A stretch of DNA of 64,000 nt from Octopus sinensis (Eukaryota). This document shows, one piece after another, positions 52,851 through 64,000 of this stretch. The stretch's first letter is position 1; each line of letters begins with the position of its first letter. Position numbers and translations under genes: made by a program. The stretch lies in NCBI RefSeq assembly GCF_006345805.1, contig NC_043008.1, positions 40,982,001-41,046,000 of the forward strand, in the 5' to 3' direction. The notes under the pieces are model-generated. The model did not search any database and was not told the DNA's origin. It saw nothing but the letters and a program-made list of their open reading frames with translations.

Positions 52851-54944
52851 CTATATTGTCGCAGACATCCTCGTCGACGTCATCTTTGTCATCATTATCG
52901 CCAGAATTATGACAAACGTCTTCAGAATTGCAGTAAACTTAATGAATTTCAAGACAGTCTCTCCACCGAAATTTAATGGCTTCGAACCCCTGTAACTGGC
53001 AATAGTAAATCTGCAGGTAGAGACAGGTGAGGCATTTCATTTACCTTTGGAATGTTTTTTTACTGATTACATAAACAAAATGGGGCAGATATATTTATGT
53101 AGAATATTCTGAGCATTAATTTGTTAATGTGGAAATCAAAGGACTTTCTCTTTGACCATGCATTCGTTAAACGGAAAATAACATAAAATAATGGAGATGT
53201 GGAAACTCTAGTTATAGATAAATATAAACAGGAAATAACTGGAGAAAAGAGAGAGGATTAGCAACAGCAATCGATAGAAATAAGTTGACACGTAACTAAA
53301 TTACTCATTTTTATTACTGATGATCAATTTCCGAGCACGCTCTGTCTTTCATCTATAGTAACAATCAATCCGTTCATATATGTGTATGTGCGTGCCTGTT
53401 TGTGCGTGTGCGCGCGGGTGTGTGTGTGCGTGTGTTTGCGTGCGCGTGTATGTGTGTGCTTCTCTGTATGTCTATCTGTCTGGCTGTGTGCAGTACGTAA
53501 CTTTCTGTTCATAAACTTTAGGCAATGTGAATCAGATTGGTTCAGAGTTGTCCTGAGTTTTCATTTACCTACGAAAACTCAGGATTTTCCAAGTTTTACT
53601 GCCATTCATGTTTCCGTTGACCCAATGTTGGATATAGCACAACATCGTTGAAGAGAAATGAACTGCGGACACGTCGATCATAGACAGCTTTTCTCAGCGC
53701 AAATTTATCAGCATATAAATTTTTTGCAGTCGTCTAATCCACCATTCTTGCAATACGTTATATATTTCGTATGATTCTTATTTAGTAATTTCTTTTTTGT
53801 ATTCTTATTAAAACGAATATAATCAAACAAAACCATTATTAATTTTCTAATGATACTTATTTATATTAATATGTAACCGTAAATATTAACGCTCCAATTC
53901 GAAATATTTGTTATTGCATTTCCTAAAAAAATATCAAGAATATTATCATGTTTTACATTTTGAAGAATTGATATATATTCCTTCAGATACATCTGAAGAA
54001 AAATATTATAAAAGTAAAAAAAAAAGAAAATTAATGGTTTGATATTTTGCAGCAAATCACGTTGAAACAGTATGTGTATTATTTGAGAAATATATTTTGC
54101 TTTGATCTCATGCCCAAATATTGGTCTCATTACTAATTTTGGATAATTTATCAAGTGGATAAATACGGCAAAGTATCAAATATATACGATGAAATAGATT
54201 GAACGCTACATGAAACAAAGACAGCATAGAGTACATAGAACAAAAGAGGTTTTATGATATCATCGACATTCTTAATTTGATACTTCTGATAACTCATAAT
54301 AATATCAAGATTGAAAATGTAAATGAAAATTTGCCCTCTTTTGCAGCATTCAAATAAAAATCGTAATTGATACAGTTGTTATATTTGTCCAAGGGTTGTC
54401 TTTACCCCTCTCTTTATAGCTTATCTTAAACATTATATATTTCATGTTTTTTTCGTTTAATTTATTTTTCGTATATTATTTTGCCTCCATAACTTCTATT
54501 AGACCATTTCTTTCTGGTATTTTTTTCACTTCTTTTCTCTCATGTTAATGTTGATTCAGCTGTTTTGTGATAATCACCATCATCAAAGTCTTCATTATCC
54601 TCGCTATGAGAAACGCTTTGTCTTTTCTTCTCCCTCCTTATTCTCATCTGTATCATTTTCGTTATCAATTCCATCCTAATCACTACCGCCAATTGTAACA
54701 ACAGCAACCAAATTATCAGTAAGACTAAAAAGCTACTTCTTCCTCCTCTTTTTACCACATCAGTTTTCTCATGACCCAAGTCTTTTTTATCCACTCCGTT
54801 TTAGTGCGGCTCGCGATACAATGGAAATAAAATGTTTGTGTGCCGCTGCTGCAACATCTGTATTCAATTGTGATTCATTTTTCTGTCTTTACGTTTTCGA
54901 CATAGATGTTACGAATTTTACTATTACCGCCAACACTTTAATAA

Positions 54945-55570
54945 CGGTATAGACACCAGCGCATCTAAGTCCATGACCTAGATATAATATTCCTTTCTAA
55001 CCACTTTCCCTAATAATTTCTATGTAATGACTTGTTTCCCCCGTAGATTAGCTTGTGCACATTTATCAGAAATACCGACATTTGCATTCTCACAGCAATA
55101 TTCCTCCATATATTCCTTAGGGTGGTGCATTCAATGCCTTGTCAAAAAGTGTCGTAGTTTTCTGTCAAGATTTACATATTTCAGTAATTGACCAGCAAAT
55201 GGTATTGAAACTGTAGGTCACGAAATGTATGGCTAAATTATTTATCGCTTCGATCCTGTTTCTTGCATTCAGCTGTCTTGACTTTTGTTTTTTCCCAGCG
55301 ATAACATTCTCTTTTCGTCCTTTCTCATCACTGATTTTATGATTCCGTCCCCTTCAAATACCCCAAGGTATTTGTAGCTCTCCACTTGTTCTAACTCCTT
55401 CATGACATTCTGCTGGTCAAGGTTAACGTTAGAAGTTACTGTTATTTTTCTTTCGATGAAGGAACCTTTTGCACATTTATCGAGGCCAAATTGCATCCTG
55501 ATATCACCACTGAATTGTTTAGCAATCGCTAGCAAACCCTGTCGTTGTTGGTCATTTTTAGCAAAGAGCT
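54945..55570 (-). mobile_element. R4/Dong-type RLE LINE RT fragment
   Basis: ..QFSGDIRMQFGLDKCAK..ESYKYLGVFEGDGI.. (RT domains 6-7). Confidence 0.85.
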
Positions 55571-55574
55571 TTAA

Positions 55575-55611
55575 ATCATTATTATCATTATTGTTCTTAT
55601 TATCATTACGT

Positions 55612-55684
<73 letters not shown>

Positions 55685-55788
55685 TATTATCATTATCATT
55701 ATTATGATTATTATCATTATCATTACTGTTATTATTATTAACATTAGTAGTAGTATTATCATTATCATTATTGTTAATATTATTCTTA

Positions 55789-55826
<38 letters not shown>

Positions 55827-55894
55827 TAGTTTTATTTTTATAGCGTGCTTTCACTTCACTACCGAGCGCAGCTCTGTGTGCCTTAGGTATGTGC

Positions 55895-55935
<41 letters not shown>

Positions 55936-56066
55936 AATAATATTCTTATTATGATATGACAATTTTGGTAATGTTTTTTAATAAAGCCGAAGAGAACCGA
56001 GAGCTATCTTTGAATAATAAGATTGCGATGCTTGCTCTAGGTCATTGGTTGTCGCTCAAAGGAAAC

Positions 56067-56148
<82 letters not shown>

Positions 56149-56150
56149 CA
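55575..56150. repeat. Compound (ATT)n ... (AAT)n tracts
   Basis: Seen directly; adjoins a Dong-type LINE fragment. Confidence 0.93.
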
Positions 56151-56999
56151 TGACTATATATTATGTTTATGACGTTTGACAATAATGCAAATTCGAAAAA
56201 TGCGAATGCAACGGTATACATTCCATAACATCGTATTGAGTGCTTTACACTTATTCAGATTAACAATGCTAGAAATATTGTAATAACGGCATCAGTTCGT
56301 GAATGGTCATACTGAAAAGAAAATCAGTAACACATATTTTGAAATCAATATTATGAAATGCATATGCATTAGATATCGTAACTCGAACAATGGTCACTTT
56401 TTATTTATTTATTTCAAAATAGCTTAAACTACCTGAATCATTTCCCACCCCAAACAGGATGATTACTTTGAATTTCCCACGTGAGAAACAATTTAAAACT
56501 AAAGGCACTTGGGGGCGATAAATTCTTGAATTTCACATATCGAATCCAGCACATGGCTACAAATTATGACACGGTGATGAGTAACACGAACTAATTGAGG
56601 TTAAGTTTCAACTATCTGAAGGTACTGTATTGTCATTGCCACAACATGACCGACCTCTCTTCTGTAACACATCTATCACATTGATTCGACCATGCAGGAA
56701 AATTAAGCAAGTTATAAAACAGAGCAGATTGGTAAAGAAGTTACGTCATTTCTTGTCTATTGTATAATAAAGATATTTTGCGAACATTAAATGAGTGAAT
56801 ATAAATTATTCAAGTTGGATTTGTATCCCTAGAGGTAAATATGATTTCTATAAGAACTGCATGTTTAACATGACATTCATAATATATGGGAAGATTCAAG
56901 GTTTAGAGACTTCATAATTACTTGTGCAGAATTAATAAATATTTAAGTCCAATCTGCCAAAAGCCAATATCGTATATTCTTATAACTTTATGCCAACAT

Positions 57000-58560
57000 G
57001 ACAAGGAATAATGAATTTTGTAAACACTTAGTTGAGTTAGAGAAGTATATACCTGGTAAATGTTAATAAATGGATGTCGAAAGTAAGTAATGTATTTACT
57101 TGAAGTAGTTTTGTGAAAACGTCTTGAGAATACGCTTGCATTATTAAGCATACAGTGAAAAGTATCACAGAAGCTTTGTGCGGTTACTAATTGCATTTGG
57201 ACTCAGATACACAGCTTCTCAAAATTGGTAGTACACCAGCCACCAGTTTCTTTCTGTTTGTGTGTATTTCATCTCGCGTGACGGCTCTTATGCTGTATTC
57301 CCAGGTATGTATGTTATGTGGAAATGAGTTCAACCTCGAAAATGTACGGGAAGGTAACTTCGACGCTCTGAAATTAGCAATTGAGTTAAATGAGACAAAC
57401 CTGTACGAACATGTTAGAGTTTTTTGTCAACGGTGCATAGAAATTCTTGCACGGGTCCTTTTTTTAACTCCAGATATTTGTTTATCAAACAATTACCTCA
57501 ACATAGGCGATACGCTAATTGACGGCAATCGTTGCAGATACGCGCCTCGGTTACAAGCGCATATATTTGAACGCGTTTCAATAGAAACAAACCTTCATCG
57601 TACTAAATGAATCTAGGACATTAATTCCAACGGGCATGAAATTGATGAATTCCGGACATCAATACTCCAACTCAGTTCTCGTCATTGACAGTTTTATTTT
57701 GATTTGAGTTATTATCTTGACCTTGAATCTCAAATATGATAAACCGTTTAATGCCGTCCCTGTGCTGTTTCTTTTTACTATCGATTGCTTCCATTTGTTT
57801 CTTTGCAATACAATAGAGAATTTTAAGAATCTCATTGTGTCTCCATGTATAGCTTTCCAACGCCGTTGAACAGTTAGACAGAATAAGCCTTAGAATGCCA
57901 ACTTTACCGCTACTAAATTTATCGTCATATATTAGTTTCCATCTGAGCACATTGCATGGGAAAGATAATACATCACTAGCAATTGGAGAAGGAAACTCAA
58001 ACGTGATGTGTCCCACCTCCACAACCCATCCCAACCACCTTCCTTTCGATAACCTATTCTTACCACTTCGTCATTTGATCTTACTGAGATCATTAAATCA
58101 CATGAAGCTCCCTTTTCTCAGCATTCTTCGCTTTAACACAGCTACTATCAGCAGCTCTGCGTTCCCTCTATCTCATCGTCGAAAATGACTTAAATGGATT
58201 GCAATCAGCCTCATTTAAGTTCCTAGCAATTGTTCCCAGAATATATCATTGTTATCGGTTTTCTAGCAATGCGAAAATGTCACCAGTTTCTTTCTTTGCA
58301 CAACGTTTACTAGCAGTTTTATTATTAGGCAAATTTTATCGCATTTCTGCTATTTTTAACTTCCACTGCATCTTCAACCTTTGAATCTTCCCACCTTAAT
58401 GATTGATGCTATAAGTAGTTCAAGAGAAAGCTTTTCTGATCTGATAAGTCATCTGTTAAGTGTTAAACGCTGATCTGTTAAGTATTTAAGGAAGACCAAG
58501 CCATCTCCTGATATAAACACTGCACTTCTGCTCCAAATTCTCCTTTCTAGAATGTGCAAC
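57000..58560 (-). mobile_element. HERO/NeSL-like RLE LINE 3' portion, heavily decayed
   Basis: IRRWLGLP, then PCNVLRWKL..LILSNCSTALESYTWRHNEILK (HILS.C..AL..Y.WRHN motif). The lower boundary is uncertain. Confidence 0.65.
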
Positions 58561-58587
58561 TTCATATATAATTTTCTTATCTATGCA

Positions 58588-59060
58588 CAAGGCCTGGAAT
58601 TTTGGGGAAGCGGTCTAGTCGATTAAATCGACCCCACTACGCAACTGGTACTTAATTTATCAACCCCGAAAGGATGAAAAGCAAAGTCGACCTCGGCGGA
58701 ATTTGAACCCAGAACGTAAAGACAAACGAAATACCTGTTTCTTTACTACCCACAAGGGGCTAAAATCAGAGAGGACAAGCAAGGACAGATAAACGGATGA
58801 AGTCGATTATATCGACCCCAGTGCGTAAATGGTACTTGTTTAATTGACCCCCAAAGGATGAAAGACAAAGTCGACCACTGCGGAATTTTAACTCACAACG
58901 TAGCGGCAGACGAAATACCCATTTCTTTACTACCCACAAGGGGATAAACACAGAGGGGACAAACAAGGACAGACATATGTATTAAGTCGATTACATCGAC
59001 CCCAGTGAGTAACTGGTACTTAATTTATCGATACCGAAAGGATGAAAGGCAAAGTCGAAA
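58588..59060 (-). mobile_element. SINE family B multimer (three core units)
   Basis: Core repeated at about 58670, 58855 and 59035, separated by the tail segment tttctttactacccacaagggg. Confidence 0.88.
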
Positions 59061-60733
59061 GGCCGTTACTCACGTTATTTGCCTGGCAGTTTTATCATGC
59101 CTATGGCTTTCAACCCATTCTCGGTTTGTGTCATGATCTCTGCACCCTACTCCTCAAAAACGTCGTATAAAAAATCCCCTGCCTAACTTTGTTGCGGCAA
59201 AGAAAATAATATCAGAATTCAGAATGTGAATGTATTTATAATCCATCCTAATGATGCGTGACTCAAAAAATAATATCGCGTTATTAAATACACATTCTTC
59301 ACAGAATGATTTTAATTAGACTATATTGTATTTGGATGAAAAAATTATTAAAAATATAGCAGATCAAATATGATTTACGTAACTTCAAAGTAATTATTAT
59401 TTTATTTAAATTTAATATTAATAAAAGAAGATTAAAATTTTAACAAAAGAAGAATAGATAAATGCTTCTAAAGAATTTTTTAAATAAAATATGCACTTGC
59501 GCTATTGAGGGAGAAAATTAAATTATAGAATTAAATCAGAAACCGTAAACTGAGCATGATACAATGATTAATTCTAGGTACAAACATTTCCTGCCAAATA
59601 ATATAAGCTTCTTACATATAGAGATATGTAAACTCGCACACGCACGCACACACTGACATGTGTATATATAGATATCGATGAAGGTAGACGTTGTGTGTGT
59701 GTGTCTCTCTCTTTCTCTCTATTTATATATGTGGGGGATGACCCCATATGTAGGTGTATATAATTATCTGCATATATATATGTATGTGTCTTTGTATATG
59801 TGTGTGTATGGTTATGCGTGTATATACATGTATGAATGTGTAACTAAATAAATACATATGTGTGAGTTTGTGTGTATGTATATATATATGTGTGTGTGTG
59901 TGTGTGTATGTGTGTATGCGTGTGTGTATGTGTGTTCTTTGCTCATTGTGTATATTCCAAATTTGGAAGTGAAATTTGACTTAAGGAATTCAATTACTAG
60001 AAGACACGAAAATTATTAACAGCAGGAAGGATAGGAGTTTGTCTTCATCATTAAAAAAATTGAGAGAAAGTGAGAGAAAGTGAGTTTATGAACGAAGTTT
60101 ATTAAACTTGTCATCTGAGGTATAAGAAATTGCACGTGAATATGTCATTTATGAAGAAAATGAAAATAAATGTTTGCTGAACAAAAGGCACTTGGAAATA
60201 TGTATTCGAAATCTTTAAATATATAGTACATATATGTTAATAAAAAGTAGGAATATATAAATACATAATATACAATAAAGTTTTCTTTCATGATCTATTT
60301 TGGTTAAGAATCCAAATGAACTTGGTACACACAATGCAGTGTTCCAAGACACGATAATTATGAAAGGTACGTAGGAACTAATAGCATAATAAACTTTTGC
60401 TTATCATCGTTTTTCCTAAATCACAAACTAAAACAGTCACACATACACAAACACACAATCACACACGCACACACGCCCCGCATACACACACAAACACACA
60501 CACACACAGACACAAAAACGCATATTCATACACACAATATATGTATATTTATATGTATATGTATATATATATATATATAATATATATATATATAATATAT
60601 ATATATATATATTTATAATAGAAATATTAAAATTACTATGTCTCTTATATCTATAAGAATGCCATATTAATATGGCGATAACAATTAATTATATATATAT
60701 ATATAATATATATATATATTAATATATATATAT

Positions 60734-60778
<45 letters not shown>

Positions 60779-60799
60779 ATATATATATACATATATATA

Positions 60800-60965
60800 T
60801 ATTGGTTTGGCAACTGAGTTCCTTCCGTTTTTTTTATTTAAACTTTTTAAAAGTCTTAATGAAAATAACAACTAATTAATCAATAATGTATTCACTTTTG
60901 TTGTTTACAACTTCTTCCTAGTGTTCAACAATATTGTAAATGCCTCGTTGGTAGAAATCACCCGA
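60800..60965 (-). mobile_element. Mariner 3' terminal fragment with one TIR
   Basis: TIR-like ttggtttggcaactgagttcc and translation GDFYQRGIYNIVEH*EEVVNNKSEYIID*. Confidence 0.75.
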
Positions 60966-61363
60966 TTTATATATATATATAACAGAAAAGGGCGTGTATT
61001 TCCACGCAAGAAAAAATATAGGAAAATTTGTGCACAGACACATACAGGCACACACTTGCACAAGAGCACAGATACTCACATACTCCGGCACGCAACTGCA
61101 CATGTACACAGCTAATCTCTCAAATCTAACGAACGCTCCCTCCAACTCAGACGCACACAGCTCACGCAGACATATGCACATCCAGTTATAGACAAACACA
61201 CATGATCACACACACACACACACACGCACACATAGTGGTGATTTCAACAACTGTATACGGTATCATTCACAAGCACACTACAGCTGACCCCTTACTTTCT
61301 CTCACACACACACACAGAGATTCACGTTCACACACACTTAGATGTTTGGTATATATATACATG

Positions 61364-61421
<58 letters not shown>

Positions 61422-61439
61422 TACATACATATATATATA

Positions 61440-61494
<55 letters not shown>

Positions 61495-61969
61495 TATACC
61501 GACGCGCGTGTTATCGTGTGTGTTTGTGTGTGTATTCGCAAATATATACACCTCATATGCATTTATCATCACATTTAGTCATGCATTCACACAAACGCAC
61601 CCAGTCGTAGAAACCGACATGTACTCACTTGACTTAAAAACGACAAGTACATCCCAATGATCGAAGAGGAATAGTTACCCGCAGCATTTTGTCTTTCTGC
61701 TTGTTTTTTTTTCTGTTTGTTTGTTTTTTGCACTCCATTCTTTTTCTTCTCACTTTTCCTCCTGTGTTTCTCGCCTCCCCGCAATATTATCTTTGCATGC
61801 GACGACGGATTATCGCTGTAATCATATTCTTTATATCTTATACTTGATAAAATTTCCATTACTTTAAGCGTACATCTAAGAATAATCATTTTGTACGCTC
61901 CTTTCAATGTTGCACTTTGTTATTGATCTGTTTGACACACACATACACGTGTGTGTATATGTTTGTGTG

Positions 61970-62005
<36 letters not shown>

Positions 62006-62062
62006 ATTGTGCATGTATGTATAACGGCTATGTGTATGTAACAGGTTGACTCGCGTCCATCA

Positions 62063-62291
62063 AGCTGGCAGAAACGTTAGCACGCCGGGCGAAATGATTA
62101 GCAGTATTTCGTCTGCCGCTACGTCCTGAGTTCAAATTCCGCCGAGGTCGACTTTGCCTTTCATCCGTTCGGGGTCGATAAATTAAGTACCAGTTACTCA
62201 CTGGGGTCGATATAATCGATTTAATCCGTTTGTCTGTCCTTGTTTGTCCTCTCTGTGTTTAGCCCCTTGTGGGTAGTAAAGAAACAGGTAT
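62063..62291 (+). mobile_element. SINE family B, near-consensus monomer
   Basis: agctggcagaaacgttagcacgccgggcgaaatg..aaagaaacaggtat. Confidence 0.9.
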
Positions 62292-62971
62292 CAGGGGTAA
62301 AGACATTTGTGACAGATTCATGCGGATTTCTCAAATTTAGGTAATTTCGGCTTATGTTGTTCATCTCAGGTTAAGTGTTGGTCTCTACGTGCTTGTGCTG
62401 TAATTATTTTTCTCTTTGTTTTAGTCATTGACATTACCTTACATATTTACCCTCTGTCCTCACCTTCATCATTCAAACCTTTTGGAAACATCAGTAGTTG
62501 TTTCTATATAACACTACTTCAGATATTGTCCGGATCTTAAATAAATTTTAATATTCTCAACCAAATCATAGAAATTTTTATATTAATAATACTCCTAATT
62601 TTATGAAACTCACTACATTTCGTATGTACGTTTACAAAATTTCTCATAATATTTCCTTATGAATAAAAAATCAATTATTGCTATCATTATTTGTGTTTCT
62701 TGCGAGATATTCGAATCTACCAATGTTAGATTATTATTGAAACTTTGCATTATTTAATAAAATGTATATTAAAATTCATTTAAACTTCAAATAAATTATA
62801 ATATAGATTTTGCAGCTCTTTGAATTATTCACTTTAATGCATCTCCCCACGAGATACTGTTTCGACAGATATGCGGATTCTTTGCCATAAAAAGGTTACT
62901 GCCCAGGTTTCTATCTCTAATTAATATTTCATATATATCCTTGATATTGTTTAATATATAATAGTTTTTGA

Positions 62972-63175
62972 GGATGCGAGCTGGCAGAATTGTTGCTGCG
63001 TCGGTAAAAATAAATTTCTTCCGCCTATACGTTCTGAATTCAAATGCCGCCGAGTTGGACTTTATCTTTCATCCTTTAGGCGTCGATAAAGTATCAATTG
63101 AGAACCAGGGTCGATGTAATCGACTGGCCCCGCCTCCCCTGAAATTGGTGGCCTTGTACCAAAATTTGAAATTAT
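62972..63175 (+). mobile_element. SINE family B, diverged
   Basis: gcgagctggcagaattgttg..ctttatctttcatcctttaggcgtcgataa. Confidence 0.75.
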
Positions 63176-64000
63176 ATTATATAAGCAAATGTATTATCAA
63201 GACACGTGATATTTGGTACAAGTGTATGTTCGCCCAGAGAACTCAGTACATGTTTTTCAGAAGGTTGAATGGCAAGTGAGGAAAGAGAGGAAACATATTC
63301 ACGGGAAATATTATCAAGAGAAATTATATAAAGACAGAGAAACGATGAGTAAAGGAGTTGTTATTGTGTGAGATACAGAATTAGGAACGAAAACTGGAAT
63401 CCAACAGAAGTTTGTTAGCCAGGGAAAGAGAAATACATTGTGTGAGATGGGGTAGAGAAGTAAAATATAAGCGAGGATATGACGAAAGAGAGAATGGAAA
63501 GAAAAGGCTATGATGTGTATTATAAGAAGAGTTAGTGATAAAGAAGGAAAGGACAAAAGAAAAAGAGAAAAGAATGTAAAGAAGGAAAAGAAGATGAGAG
63601 CTCAAGTCAATCAGTGTAAAAAGTCAAACTGTCTTCAATGAAGGGTTCTAAATATACATAATAAGACAGGTGAGGTACATTGGAAAAATATGGGAAATAT
63701 ATAATGCTGAACAGAGAAACGGCTGACAAAAGAAAGGTCATTGTATAATGTAAAGCACAGGAACTTTCTTTCGACTGCAGCCAGTAAGAGTGTCCCGTAT
63801 TCAAATAAAAAAAAGAAGCCTGCTGCAACGGATATAAGTGAAAATATAAGGACGTGTTGCTGAGTAGGATGTACATGGAAAAAATCTCAAAATGGTTACA
63901 CTGAGACAAATAAAATTATATGCATATGTGAAAGTGCTGATAAAAAACAAAACTGAAAATGATACTGAAATCAATATAGACCGTAATTTTGATCAGGTTA

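Noticed and set aside
57191-57610. 139-aa plus-strand ORF with CxxC pairs
   Set aside because: Overlaps the antisense strand of a decayed HERO/NeSL-like LINE region; no recognisable domain. It cannot be fully excluded as an exon.
61587-61907. 106-aa minus-strand ORF ending near a GTGAGT donor (about 61629)
   Set aside because: Low-complexity lysine-rich sequence from T-rich runs; could be a UTR or first exon, but nothing links it to a gene.

Overview
AT-rich, repeat-saturated eukaryotic genomic DNA. There are no prokaryotic features, rRNA, intact tRNA genes or CRISPR arrays. The three tRNA-derived SINE families plus dense (TA)n/(CA)n/(ATT)n/(GATA)n tracts look like an octopus (coleoid cephalopod) genome; this is an inference from remembered repeat families, not a database result. 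Most ORF-track entries are microsatellite or SINE artefacts. Recognisable decayed elements: a Helitron 3' end (helicase C-terminus plus terminal hairpin), a Tx1/L1-type LINE, several R4/Dong-type RLE LINE pieces, a HERO/NeSL-like LINE, two RTE 3' ends, two Penelope fragments, three mariner remnants, two long foldback elements and a 2.2-kb array of a 44-bp unit. The main hidden signal is a chain of very short minus-strand exons (26-88 nt, all below the ORF-track size cut-off) spread over about 27 kb (40767 to 14091). They splice in consistent phase into a 145-aa reading frame that I cannot assign to a family. The chain starts near a CpG-rich segment carrying E-box and YY1-like motifs. The four downstream exons are the best supported; the rest are tentative.
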